The notes under the pieces are model-generated. The model was given only the letters and a program-made list of their open reading frames with translations. It was not told where the DNA came from and searched no databases. Shown here piece after piece: positions 1 to 9,067 of a stretch of DNA of 64,000 bases (the stretch's first letter is position 1; every line of letters starts with the position of its first letter). The DNA is from a bacterium. Lineage in GTDB: Bacteria; Patescibacteriota; Microgenomatia; JAMCZE01. The translations under genes were made by a program, and so were the position numbers. The stretch is taken from positions 151,282 through 215,281 of the forward strand of contig JAKBJL010000002.1 in assembly GCA_021836035.1 (NCBI GenBank), read 5' to 3'.

Positions 1-2006
1 GTCGGGTCTCCCGGGGGGTAGGTATTTTTTTGCACTACCAGATGGCCGTTCTGCAAAGAGTTGGTAAAGGTGCAAACTACCGCGTCACCGCTTCCTATTT
101 CGACAGCGTTTAATAAGCCCGGAGAATAAATATTACCGTTTTTAGTACAGTCCAGGGCAGAATTGTAACCCGTTAATCCACCCGTCTCGGAAACATAATA
201 GGTACCCGTATTTACCTTCTTAGCATCGGTCGTTAAAGGATTTCCGCCGCCGGAACCGGTCTGTTGGCTAAAAACTTCACTTCCTCCCGCGGTGGTCCCG
301 ATATTTAAAGTTGTCTGGCTGCCGGTTCCTACCCAAACCTTTTTCAATTCGATAGTTCCCGACTGGCGGGTATTAGTATAATAACAATCGACAATTCCCC
401 CGCCACCTCCGCCGATTGTGATCGTGGCGGTCCGGGAATTTAAATCGGTCAGGGCTTCAGTATCATTACCCGAAACATTGCAAGTTAAACCAGTCAAAGA
501 ATATGTTACTGGGCTATTCTCCGTAACGGTATATACTCCGGGAGAAACAGACAGAAAAGTTCGTGTCCCGCTGTCATCGAGATTAAATCCCGTCGGGGTC
601 AAACCGTTTGTGGTAAATCCGAATCCGCTTCCGCCGGCCGGATCTGTTGTTTTATGAATAGTAATTGTACTTGGGGGAATTATGGCGCTAGCAGCTAGTT
701 GTAAATCTTGGCTGCCGACATTTTTATCAACGCCATTTACCGTCAGAGAAACCTGATGGATATGATATGGAGAACCATCGATATTAATAGCGGAATTACC
801 TATTTGCCAATCACTCTGCGAAGCTATATGACCACCAAAAGCTATAACAACATTGCTGGTGCCGGAGGTATGCGAAGTAGCATCCCAATCAACACGTACT
901 GTAGTCGTGCAATCGGAACTGCCGACATTTTGACTTTCGTAAGTAAAGTGGGTCAGATTTAAACCCCAGGCTTTTATCGAACCCGCTATCTGGCTATCGA
1001 TAAAGGTATTTGATCCGCAGGCAACAGGAAACGAAGTTAAAGTATCATCGTTGGTTACGGAAACCTGGCTAGTCGGTGTAGAAGGAGTACAGGCAACACT
1101 CATGCCGCTAACATCTCCGCAGGGATTGTTTTCATTAGCATGAAGGCTGTTCGGCGAACCTGTTGTTTCCGTGTAATCATAATTTCCCAGATAATCTATA
1201 GCGTGTTTACCGCCTTTGGTTACATCATAGGAAAAAGTATATGAGCCGCTCCCCGATTCCACATTGTTAATAACTACCCTGTAGGAGAGAAAGTCGGCCT
1301 CATTCCAATGAGCTTTTTGTTTGTTTACATCGCCCTTTACCCAGTTACCACCGGAACAACTCTCGGGAGCATTTCCGATACCCCCGTTAGCACATTGGAG
1401 GGGATCAACGCTTAAAGGGCCCCCGCCACCACCCGGACCCCCTCCGAGAAGAATCGTAAAATTATTGTTACCTCCGGAATTTTTATTGCTTTTACCGCGG
1501 AGGACTCCGCTCGTACCCAAAACATCTCCCAAGGTCGCCCCCCCGGTAGAAACCGGGGCTTGCCCCAAACCTTCTTGCTTCGGGGTTGGTTCAGGCGAAA
1601 GAGTTGGCGTAGGTTCTGGCGAAATTGACGGTCCCGGCGTCGGGGTGGGCGTCAGATTTTCCGTCGGCAAGGGCGTTAACGAGGGATCCGGGGAAGGCGT
1701 ATATATAATAGTATCCGTAGGGGTCGGTGTCAGTGATAATTGTGGAGCGGGAGTGAGTTCGGGGGCGGGAGTCGTTTCCGGGGGAGTTACTTCCGGTGTC
1801 GGGCTTATCTTCGCTGTATCGCCGGGGCTTGGGTTTGTACTTGGACTTGGACTAGCACTTATGCTCCCGGTGGGCGTACCTGTCGGCGCATCTTCCGCGT
1901 AAATAATCCTGTTAAAACCGCTGAAAAGGACGGGAGAAAGCAATTGGAATACCAGGAGAAAAATATTGACCGCTGATAAAATCCGGTAAAAGTTTTTCCC
2001 GCGCAC
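1..2006 (-). CDS. Large secreted surface protein (3'-partial): signal peptide, Pro/Thr linker, SpaA/prealbumin-like Ig-fold repeats
   Basis: Not in the ORF track because it runs off the window. Manual translation from GTG 2006: MRGKNFYRILSAVNIFLLVFQLLSPVLFSGFNRIIYAEDAP, then PTPTP linker, then repeats such as TITIHKTT..VYTVTE..LTC..VDCYYTN and TIELKKVW..TYYVSE..LDC..VVCTFTN. Confidence 0.85.
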   Translation of the reverse strand, partial: MRGKNFYRILSAVNIFLLVFQLLSPVLFSGFNRIIYAEDAPTGTPTGSISASPSPSTNPSPGDTAKISPTPEVTPPETTPAPELTPAPQLSLTPTPTDTIIYTPSPDPSLTPLPTENLTPTPTPGPSISPEPTPTLSPEPTPKQEGLGQAPVSTGGATLGDVLGTSGVLRGKSNKNSGGNNNFTILLGGGPGGGGGPLSVDPLQCANGGIGNAPESCSGGNWVKGDVNKQKAHWNEADFLSYRVVINNVESGSGSYTFSYDVTKGGKHAIDYLGNYDYTETTGSPNSLHANENNPCGDVSGMSVACTPSTPTSQVSVTNDDTLTSFPVACGSNTFIDSQIAGSIKAWGLNLTHFTYESQNVGSSDCTTTVRVDWDATSHTSGTSNVVIAFGGHIASQSDWQIGNSAINIDGSPYHIHQVSLTVNGVDKNVGSQDLQLAASAIIPPSTITIHKTTDPAGGSGFGFTTNGLTPTGFNLDDSGTRTFLSVSPGVYTVTENSPVTYSLTGLTCNVSGNDTEALTDLNSRTATITIGGGGGGIVDCYYTNTRQSGTIELKKVWVGTGSQTTLNIGTTAGGSEVFSQQTGSGGGNPLTTDAKKVNTGTYYVSETGGLTGYNSALDCTKNGNIYSPGLLNAVEIGSGDAVVCTFTNSLQNGHLVVQKNTYPPGDP

Positions 2007-2110
2007 TTCCGCAGTTTAGGACAGTAACACTTACCCGATAGTATTCTTAATAAGCTAACTTGTCAAGAACTTAGATAAAATTCCTATTAAAAAAATCCGA
2101 GAAGGAATTA

Positions 2111-2829
2111 ATGAGGAGGTCGAGAAAAGAACCAAGGAAGCCATCGAGAAACACGAAAGTTTAAAATCATTTTCCGCCCTGGTTTTTATTATATTTTTTC
2201 TCCAAGTTCTTCTTCTTAAAATTCCGTCGGTCTATGCCCTTTATTCCTCTACAGTTACCATTACGGGAATAAATATTCAGGTAGAAAATTATATTACCAT
2301 TGATATTAAACCGGGGTCCGACGACAACCCTATTAACCTCAAGGCCCACGGTCTTGTTCCGGTCGCGATTATTAATAATGCGTATTTTGACCCACAGAAT
2401 GTTGATCCCGCATCCGTCAAATTTGCCGGAGCAGCGGCGGAAAAATATAAATTTGATGATGTCGACCACGACGAGGATAAGGATCTCGTCTTCTTTTTTG
2501 ATATTCAAAAGCTCACGGATTTAAACGAAAGCAGCACAAAAGGAAAACTTACCGGGAAAACCAAAGGGGGAATAGATTTCTGGGGTATAGACTCTTTAAA
2601 AATTGTCCCCGATTCATCAAAGTCAGACTCACCCGTAAAATTGGATACAATTTCGCAAATAAATATAACCGAACTTGCCTCTACCGGTTCTGCAACCCCA
2701 CCCGTCCTGACCCCGGTATCCTCGCCGACTCCTGCTCCAGAATCTTCCCCCTCGCCTACTCCCGATGTCTCGCCCACTCCCGCTCAAAACCCTTCTCCCA
2801 CTGCTTCGCCTAGTGCGCAAACGCCCTAA
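2111..2829 (+). pseudogene. Secreted protein with an IDIKPG..NPIN..PVAI domain and Pro/Ser/Thr tail; 5' end frameshifted or non-canonical start
   Basis: Frame open 2059-2829 (LKSFSALVFIIFFLQVLLLKIPSVYA..IDIKPGSDDNPINLKAHGLVPVAII..DVDHDEDKDL..) with no ATG/GTG/TTG until 2641; ATG 2111 after GAAGGA is in another frame and stops at 2162-2164. Confidence 0.65.
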
Positions 2830-2851
2830 AAAGCGAACACCCCCGTATTGG

Positions 2852-2894
2852 AAAAAAGCAGCCCGCCGGAATTTAAATCCGCCGGGTTGTTTTT
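2852..2894. terminator. Likely bidirectional intrinsic terminator
   Basis: A6-GCAGCCCG-C-CGGA-loop-TCCG-C-CGGGTTGT-TTTT. Confidence 0.65.
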
Positions 2895-3050
2895 GGGGGA
2901 TCAAAGTTTGTTTTAATTCTTTGGGGATGATTAGATCTATATATCTTAAAATGTCGGACTACTACGCAGTAGCGTAATACTTTTACATTGATATAGTTCG
3001 ATACGGGCAACTTCAAACGCCACCCCTTGTGAAGGTAAACCCCTGTACAC

Positions 3051-3095
3051 ACCCACTTGCATACTCGCCGAGTATACTGAGGCGATATCTCCGTA
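3051..3095. repeat. 45-bp imperfect direct repeat, copy 1
   Basis: 34/45 ungapped identity with 3538-3582; internal hairpin ATACTC-GCC-GAGTAT. Confidence 0.7.
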
Positions 3096-3131
3096 CCAAT
3101 AAAGCTTAACGGGGGCAACTGGTTATAGTTA

Positions 3132-3494
3132 TTATGTGTTTAACTTAGATAGGAACTTAATAAAATCGGTTTGTCTTTTCCCCTCCAACAGAACTCCTTT
3201 CTCTGTTTTCGCATCAGAAAGGTCACTTAACTGCAACCAGAATTTTTTTATACCGTTGGGAATAGGCGGATGGGTCGTTTCCTGACCGTTACTTATCCCG
3301 CGTATCGGATAAAGGTCTTCACAGGCTTGGAGAATCGGGTCGACAAAGGGCATCTTATCCCGCTTCCACTTTCTTATTATTCCACTATCAGATAACCTAT
3401 CCCAAGGTTCAGCCAGATTTCCATCACATATTAACCTAATGCCCGCGCGGATTATCTCAGCTTTCAGATGACTTGAATTTTCTTTATTTGTCAT
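3132..3494 (-). CDS. Hypothetical protein (120 aa) between the direct repeats
   Basis: ATG ORF; TAAACT 6 nt upstream; no family recognised. Confidence 0.6.
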   Translation of the reverse strand: MTNKENSSHLKAEIIRAGIRLICDGNLAEPWDRLSDSGIIRKWKRDKMPFVDPILQACEDLYPIRGISNGQETTHPPIPNGIKKFWLQLSDLSDAKTEKGVLLEGKRQTDFIKFLSKLNT

Positions 3495-3537
3495 GCACTG
3501 AGTTTAGTTATAAATTTTTTCAAAAGCAACCGCTTAT

Positions 3538-3582
3538 ACCCGCTTGTGCACCCGACGACTGTACTGAGGCGACACCCCCGTA
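3538..3582. repeat. 45-bp imperfect direct repeat, copy 2
   Basis: See 3051-3095; shared core TACTGAGGCGA. Confidence 0.7.
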
Positions 3583-3626
3583 TACCACCGTACTTCCTTC
3601 TTCCATAAAAAGTCTATAATTAAATT

Positions 3627-3845
3627 ATGGTGGAGAGATATTTGGGATCGGAAGAGGTAATTTATAAATTAGAAGCCTGGGAAAGCGAACGCTTTTTACA
3701 AAAGACGCTGGCGGCTAATCCCCTCCCTTGTCCGGCCGAAAACGCTACTCCTATACAAATTACCTGCCTGGCGGGGGATATCGAGCGAATCGAAGAGGTA
3801 TTTACGAGAATCGGCCTGACGATAACCCCTATCAGAACCGGTTAA
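3627..3845 (+). CDS. Small hypothetical protein (72 aa)
   Basis: TATAAT at 3615-3620, 6 nt before ATG. Confidence 0.6.
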   Translation: MVERYLGSEEVIYKLEAWESERFLQKTLAANPLPCPAENATPIQITCLAGDIERIEEVFTRIGLTITPIRTG

Positions 3846-3913
3846 AAATAATATCATCTGGCTACTTGCTATTGATTTGACAAAAGATTAAAAATATTTA
3901 ATACTAAACCGGC

Positions 3914-4696
3914 ATGCTTAAGAAGCTTTTGTGGTTATCCTTAATTCTTATTCTCCTATCGAGTTTCCGACTCTCTCCTGTTGCCGCTAAAAATAACGAG
4001 GGGGAAGACAATACCCCGGAAGTTGACGGTATTTATAATGTTCCCGGCCGCCCGGACCTTAAATTACGCGTATTTGTCCACCGCGGCCGCCCGGATAACG
4101 GGAGTAACAGCTCCTTAACCTGCGGCCTTGCCGATCCCGATTCATCATCCGCCGTCCCCGGCGCGGGCTGGCACCTTCCCGACGGTACTTGGACTTACCA
4201 TCTTAATCTGGCTAAAACTCCCGCTTCTGTCGGAGGAACCAATTTCGTTAATTTAACCGCTGCCGCCTTTAATACCTGGGACGCAACTAAAGTCGGGCAA
4301 CATGTAACTTCTTTTACGCGGGGCAGCGATACTACCCTGACCCGGAAAGCTCTTGACGGCCAAAATATTATTTCCTGGAGCAAACTCGGCGGCGGAACTT
4401 TGGCCGTAACCTATACCTGGTATTACACGGCAAACCAGCAGGTCGCCGAGACCGACACTCTTTTTAATACCCGCTATCCCTGGAGCTGGTCCGGAAACGC
4501 GACCTGCGCCGACCCCAACTCTTACGACGCGCAGAATATTTTAACCCACGAGCTGGGTCATACCATGGGGCTTAATGATGTTTATAGCAAAGAATTTGTC
4601 AACAATACCATGTACGGCTACGGAGCAAAAGGGGAAGCGAAAAAGGATACTCTTACTACGGGAGACATTAACGGAGTAAACACCCTCTATTATTAG
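3914..4696 (+). CDS. Secreted matrixin-like (metzincin) zinc metalloprotease
   Basis: Signal peptide; HELGHTMGLND zinc motif; Met-turn TMYGY. Confidence 0.9.
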   Translation: MLKKLLWLSLILILLSSFRLSPVAAKNNEGEDNTPEVDGIYNVPGRPDLKLRVFVHRGRPDNGSNSSLTCGLADPDSSSAVPGAGWHLPDGTWTYHLNLAKTPASVGGTNFVNLTAAAFNTWDATKVGQHVTSFTRGSDTTLTRKALDGQNIISWSKLGGGTLAVTYTWYYTANQQVAETDTLFNTRYPWSWSGNATCADPNSYDAQNILTHELGHTMGLNDVYSKEFVNNTMYGYGAKGEAKKDTLTTGDINGVNTLYY

Positions 4697-4719
4697 TCCT
4701 TCGACTGCGCTCAGGACTA
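4694..4719. repeat. Small palindromic REP-like element
   Basis: TAGTCCTTCGACTGCGCTCAGGACTA between convergent genes; related copy inside alaS. Confidence 0.7.
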
Positions 4720-4739
4720 GCACCTCGCAAGGTTCGGTG

Positions 4740-5006
4740 CTAGTTCACCGGCTTCCCTGTCTGCATCCGTCCCTCCGTCATAATCAGGAGTTTCTCCAAT
4801 TCGGCGACAAACTTTTTTGCGTGGCTCTTACTCATCCCCACCCGGGAAACAATCCGCGTCTGATTGGTATTCCCAATCCGCTGACTAATATCCAGGACGA
4901 CCCCGTCCTCATTGACCGACATAAAAATATTATCCGTGTATAAAATAGGCGTAGTGTCCAAATTTAAATTAACGGCCATTTGCGGTTTATTCGCTTCTTC
5001 GGCCAT
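4740..5006 (-). CDS. DUF3467-like small protein
   Basis: PILYTDNI..VVLD..IVSRVGMSKSHAKKF; SD GGGGGTGA. Confidence 0.75.
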   Translation of the reverse strand: MAEEANKPQMAVNLNLDTTPILYTDNIFMSVNEDGVVLDISQRIGNTNQTRIVSRVGMSKSHAKKFVAELEKLLIMTEGRMQTGKPVN

Positions 5007-5132
5007 AAATAATCACCCCCTGCGGCAAGTATACCAGATGGAAAGCGGGATGGTAGAACAGCAGGGCAGCGCTATACCACGATAGCCCAGATTAAATCGG
5101 GGTTAGGAAGTCGGGGAAAAATAGAAATAGAA

Positions 5133-7358
5133 CTAGAACCGAGGGGCAAGAACGCGGTGACGGATGCGGCGGACAATAAGCAAAGCTGCGAAAAGGGGCA
5201 GAAGTAAAAGCAGCCAGGCCAGATTAATTTTTAAGATCTTCTTACCGCCTAAATTAACCGTCGCGGCTAAAGATTTAGCGCTATTGTCAACCCTTGTTCC
5301 CGCGATAAGACTAACAACGCCGTGATATGCCGGAGCGTAACCGGAATTACCCAGTACCTGCCCGGCTGTCGTCGTTACCGGATCGCTTCCGTTACTACCC
5401 GCGCTATTACTTGTATTATTAATACTGGTACTTGAACTGTTACTTGTACCGTTATCACTACTGTTTCCCACACTTATATTATTGCTTGTACTTGTATTTG
5501 AACTATTACTGTTGTTTGCCGGCTTACTTGCTCCCGGCGTTAGAAAATCTCCTACCCAACTGCCGAAAACGTTAACCACCGTGACAAATAATTTCCCGCT
5601 GCCGACAATATTGTTGTCCACAAAATTAACGATATTGGCAATAATTTTTGCGTCACCGGTATGAATGATATTATTCCCGCCCGTGTTTTGGCTGGTATTG
5701 TTGCCGCCGGTATTAGCGGAAAGCGAAAGGTTATTGACAATACTTGCGGAATTGGACTGGACCGTCGTTGTATTGCTGTTTTGGGAAGCACCGGCCGTAT
5801 TGCTCGAGCCGCCGCCGTTGCCTCCGTTAGTAACGCTGATTTGGCCGCCGGGATCCGAGGAAATTTCCATCCCCGGGCTGGCGGCGACATTGCCGTTTTG
5901 ATTTCCCCCGATCAATTGACCGATCCATTGCCCGGCTTTATTAATAATCACCAGAAACCAATTGCCGCCGCTGAGATTATTATTGGCAACATTTACCACA
6001 CCAGCGGATACTTGGGTATTCCCGGTAACGATATCCGTCGCTCCGTTGGTATTCAGGCTCCCAAGGTTATCGCCGGTGTTGGCTGCTAAATTTAAATTAT
6101 TGGTAATCGTCCCGTTATTATTTTGCACCGTGGTATTCGTTGCCGAAGCACTGGCGGTCGCGATATTAGCCGAACCGCTGCCGTTGCCGGAATTATTGGC
6201 CAGAATAGCGCTGGCGGTGGCGTTAGTTGCTCCGCAACAACTGCTCAGCGCCGATTCCGGAAAAATAATATCCCCGACTAAATTTCCGTAAATATTAACA
6301 ACGCCGTAAACTATATTGCCGGAAATATTATTGTTGGCAAAGGTTAAAACGTTGCCGTTGACATTGGCGTTACCGGTAGCAATGGTATTATCCCCGCCCG
6401 TATTTTTACTTGCGGTATTCGAGCCGGAATTAGCCGCTAACACCAGGGTGCTGCCGACATTAGCGTCATTATTTTGAAAACTATTTTGGGTATCCGCCCG
6501 CGCGGTTGTTGCCGCGTTAGTACTGCCAGCCCCGTTATTGGTATTTCCGGCGCTCAAACTGGTACTACCGCAATTTAGGACGCAGTGGGCCGCAAAATTT
6601 AAAACGATATCCCCGGTATGGTTGTCGTTAACATTAAATTCCGCAACGGCAATCCCGTCCACGTTGGTATTGACCGCCGTAATGGCCGTACCCGAGACAT
6701 TAGCGTCACCGGAAGTAATCGTTGAGTTACCGACGTTGCCGGAAGCGGTATTAGCTCCCGTGACCGTTTGCTGGGATAAATTATTATTGATCGTCGCACT
6801 GTTATTTTGCGTACCGGAAATCGTCGCTGAACTGCTGGCTGTCGCCATATTCGTCGAGCCGCTGCCGTTACCGGAATTCGTCGCGCTGGGATCGCTCCCG
6901 GTGTGACCGCCGCCGGTAGTGCTGTTATTGTTCCCTGTGGTTATCGCGGTGACATTATTAGTAGCGCTTCCGGTAGTAATTTGGGCAGCCCCGGTAACTC
7001 CGTTTTGACTCTGGCCGCCGGTTTGGTTTCCGTTTGCGGGCATCGGAGTGGGAGTTGGAGTCGGAGCTTGCCCCGAAGCGCCCTGGTTTGGGGTCGGGGT
7101 GGGCGTAGGACTAACCGTGCCGCCTGCGGCTACGGGTGTAGGGGTTGGGGTAGGAGTAGGGCTGGGCGACAGAGTGAGTGCTTGCGGCGGGGTGGGAGCG
7201 GGAGAGGGAGAAGGGGCAGGACTGGGTGCTGTAGGCGCTGTCGGAGCAACCGGCGGGGTCGGGGTAGGCGTCGTATCGGCCAGAACCGCGCCTAACCCGC
7301 TTTGAACGAAAATCATTGCCGCTAAAGCGATGCTGATAATTAAATTTTTATTTTTCAT
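5133..7358 (-). CDS. Secreted, C-terminally membrane-anchored Asn/Gly/Thr-rich repeat protein
   Basis: Signal peptide, PT linker, four GNGxGSxN..QNN..NTGxN..NTGG..TGxA repeats, Ser/Asn linker, TM helix plus RRIRHR. Confidence 0.9.
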   Translation of the reverse strand: MKNKNLIISIALAAMIFVQSGLGAVLADTTPTPTPPVAPTAPTAPSPAPSPSPAPTPPQALTLSPSPTPTPTPTPVAAGGTVSPTPTPTPNQGASGQAPTPTPTPMPANGNQTGGQSQNGVTGAAQITTGSATNNVTAITTGNNNSTTGGGHTGSDPSATNSGNGSGSTNMATASSSATISGTQNNSATINNNLSQQTVTGANTASGNVGNSTITSGDANVSGTAITAVNTNVDGIAVAEFNVNDNHTGDIVLNFAAHCVLNCGSTSLSAGNTNNGAGSTNAATTARADTQNSFQNNDANVGSTLVLAANSGSNTASKNTGGDNTIATGNANVNGNVLTFANNNISGNIVYGVVNIYGNLVGDIIFPESALSSCCGATNATASAILANNSGNGSGSANIATASASATNTTVQNNNGTITNNLNLAANTGDNLGSLNTNGATDIVTGNTQVSAGVVNVANNNLSGGNWFLVIINKAGQWIGQLIGGNQNGNVAASPGMEISSDPGGQISVTNGGNGGGSSNTAGASQNSNTTTVQSNSASIVNNLSLSANTGGNNTSQNTGGNNIIHTGDAKIIANIVNFVDNNIVGSGKLFVTVVNVFGSWVGDFLTPGASKPANNSNSSNTSTSNNISVGNSSDNGTSNSSSTSINNTSNSAGSNGSDPVTTTAGQVLGNSGYAPAYHGVVSLIAGTRVDNSAKSLAATVNLGGKKILKINLAWLLLLLPLFAALLIVRRIRHRVLAPRF

Positions 7359-7437
7359 TTTAATAAATTATCTAATAAAAATTTTTCCGGACCCCTTCAG
7401 TGATAATTCAGTCTTTAGGCTTATGCTCTTGGCGTAA

Positions 7438-7467
7438 GGTGCTTATCGGAAGTGCACGATAAGCACC
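7438..7467. other. Intercistronic stem-loop between the two repeat-protein genes
   Basis: GGTGCTTATCG-GAAGTGCA-CGATAAGCACC, perfect 11-bp stem. Confidence 0.7.
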
Positions 7468-7487
7468 CTACTAACCAAAAAAGATGC

Positions 7488-8723
7488 TTAACCAAAATGG
7501 AACAGCGTCATCAGATCTTGGAGATCGAAGCTCACGCTCACCCCCCCTAAATCTGCTAAACGACCGAAAACATTTTGATTACCGGTACTGGATACGCTGG
7601 CCGTAGAATTGGAATCGCCGGTCAAAACCATCACCGGATCAAACATGACCGGTCCGGTGTTAGCCGACGCGGCATTGTCTCCGGTTTGGACATCGGTCCC
7701 CAGAGAGTTTAAAAGATCGGCATAATTGCCTCCTTTTTCTCCACTCCCCTGAAAGACCTCGGCGCTGTTGCCCAGATTGACACTGGCAGAGTTAGCCGAG
7801 CCATCTCCGTTACCGGAAGTCTTCGCGGAAACATCCGCCAGACAACCGCAATCTATTTCGGCGACATTGAAATTTACCCTATTGTCAACCGAAGCAGCGG
7901 AATTAGCGTTTCCGGTCAAAACCAGAACGCTGCCCCCGGTATTACCGCCGGTGTTATTGTCTCCGGACTTGGCATAGGAGCTGACCCGATTAGATACCGC
8001 CGCCATGTTATCCTGAGTGATCAGGTTATCATGAGACAAAATGGTATCAATCGAATTTGTGCTCCCGGAGCCGTTTCCGCTTTCCGTAATATCGACTGAA
8101 CCCGTACTCCCGCCATTATTTCCGCCGATTAAAGCGGCATTGGCGTTAGCATTGGTCGAGACGGTGGACTGGATGTTGGCATCGCCGGTTAATATCCGGG
8201 TGGTCCCGCCGGTATTGTTGCCGGCCGTATTTTCTCCGGTTACCGACCGGGAAGTGACACTGTTTTCCACTTCCGCACGGTTAGTCTGGAACAATTGGTT
8301 TGTATTAGCCTGTTCCAAGCTGGCGCTGTTGGCGCTTCCGGCACCGTTGCCGGAGATAGTGGTACTGCTCGTCCCGTTAGTGCAACAACCAACCGCCGCC
8401 CGATTACCGTTTAAGGTATTGGTTACGGTCGTGTCGATATTAGCATTTCCGGTACTCACCGTTACCTCTCCGCCGGTATTCCCCGAGGCCGTGTTATGCC
8501 CGGTTTGCGCACTATTATCAATAGTATTGGTAACAGTGGCCGAGTTATTCTGTACCGCGGTCGTTGTATTGCTATTCGTCAACGAAGTCGTAGAAGTACT
8601 GCCGGCGCCGTTGCCGGAGATAGTGACACTGGTATCAGCTAAAGCCGCAGCGGGAAGCAGGGTATTAGCTACCAGTAGCCCGGTAGCAAAAACACCCGTT
8701 AATTGCTTTTTCAAAGAAATCAT
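7488..8723 (-). CDS. Secreted Asn/Gly/Thr-rich repeat protein without anchor (paralog of 5133-7358)
   Basis: Signal peptide ending AAALA-D; four ~90-aa SGNGxGS..Q.N.A...TG.N....NTG....TG.A repeats; strong SD AGGGGGTGA. Confidence 0.9.
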   Translation of the reverse strand: MISLKKQLTGVFATGLLVANTLLPAAALADTSVTISGNGAGSTSTTSLTNSNTTTAVQNNSATVTNTIDNSAQTGHNTASGNTGGEVTVSTGNANIDTTVTNTLNGNRAAVGCCTNGTSSTTISGNGAGSANSASLEQANTNQLFQTNRAEVENSVTSRSVTGENTAGNNTGGTTRILTGDANIQSTVSTNANANAALIGGNNGGSTGSVDITESGNGSGSTNSIDTILSHDNLITQDNMAAVSNRVSSYAKSGDNNTGGNTGGSVLVLTGNANSAASVDNRVNFNVAEIDCGCLADVSAKTSGNGDGSANSASVNLGNSAEVFQGSGEKGGNYADLLNSLGTDVQTGDNAASANTGPVMFDPVMVLTGDSNSTASVSSTGNQNVFGRLADLGGVSVSFDLQDLMTLFHFG

Positions 8724-8789
8724 ATTCTTTCACCCCCTCTCCTCTTTAGGCAAACCCCGATAGCGATCGGGGGCACCTCTTTTTTAAAC

Positions 8790-8857
8790 AAAAAAAACGG
8801 AGGCCACAGTATCAAGGAGATTATCCTCGAACTGTTAGCCTCCGTTTGCGGTCAGCC
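8790..8857 (-). promoter_or_regulatory. Candidate attenuator: small hairpin overlapping the 5' arm of an intrinsic terminator
   Basis: Minus strand GGCTGACCGCAAACGGAGGC-TAACAGTTCGAGGATAATCTCCTTGATACTGTG-GCCTCCGTTT-TTTTT. Confidence 0.75.
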
Positions 8858-9067
8858 TAAAGTTTTATTAAATTGTAAATATGTACTTATACATATCTTA
8901 TAAATATTTTTATAAAATATGTATGTCCATTTTTTACATCATTATCTGTCAATTGTCAATACCCCAATAGCACTTTTATATAGATGATCATATATATATT
9001 ATGATAGAATTAATAATTATTTTGATACCCTATAGACTAGTAAATTCTTACCGTCTTCTTACTTCAG

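Noticed and set aside
418-1976. Plus-strand ORFs (GVGVG-rich)
   Set aside because: Antisense shadows of the minus-strand Pro/Thr-rich gene; the same applies to most short ORFs opposite core genes
2990-3130. Possible tRNA, attC site or TnpB remnant (SPQYTRRVC)
   Set aside because: No cloverleaf; the AAC..GTTAAGC boxes are too close for attC; no CxxC or RuvC motifs
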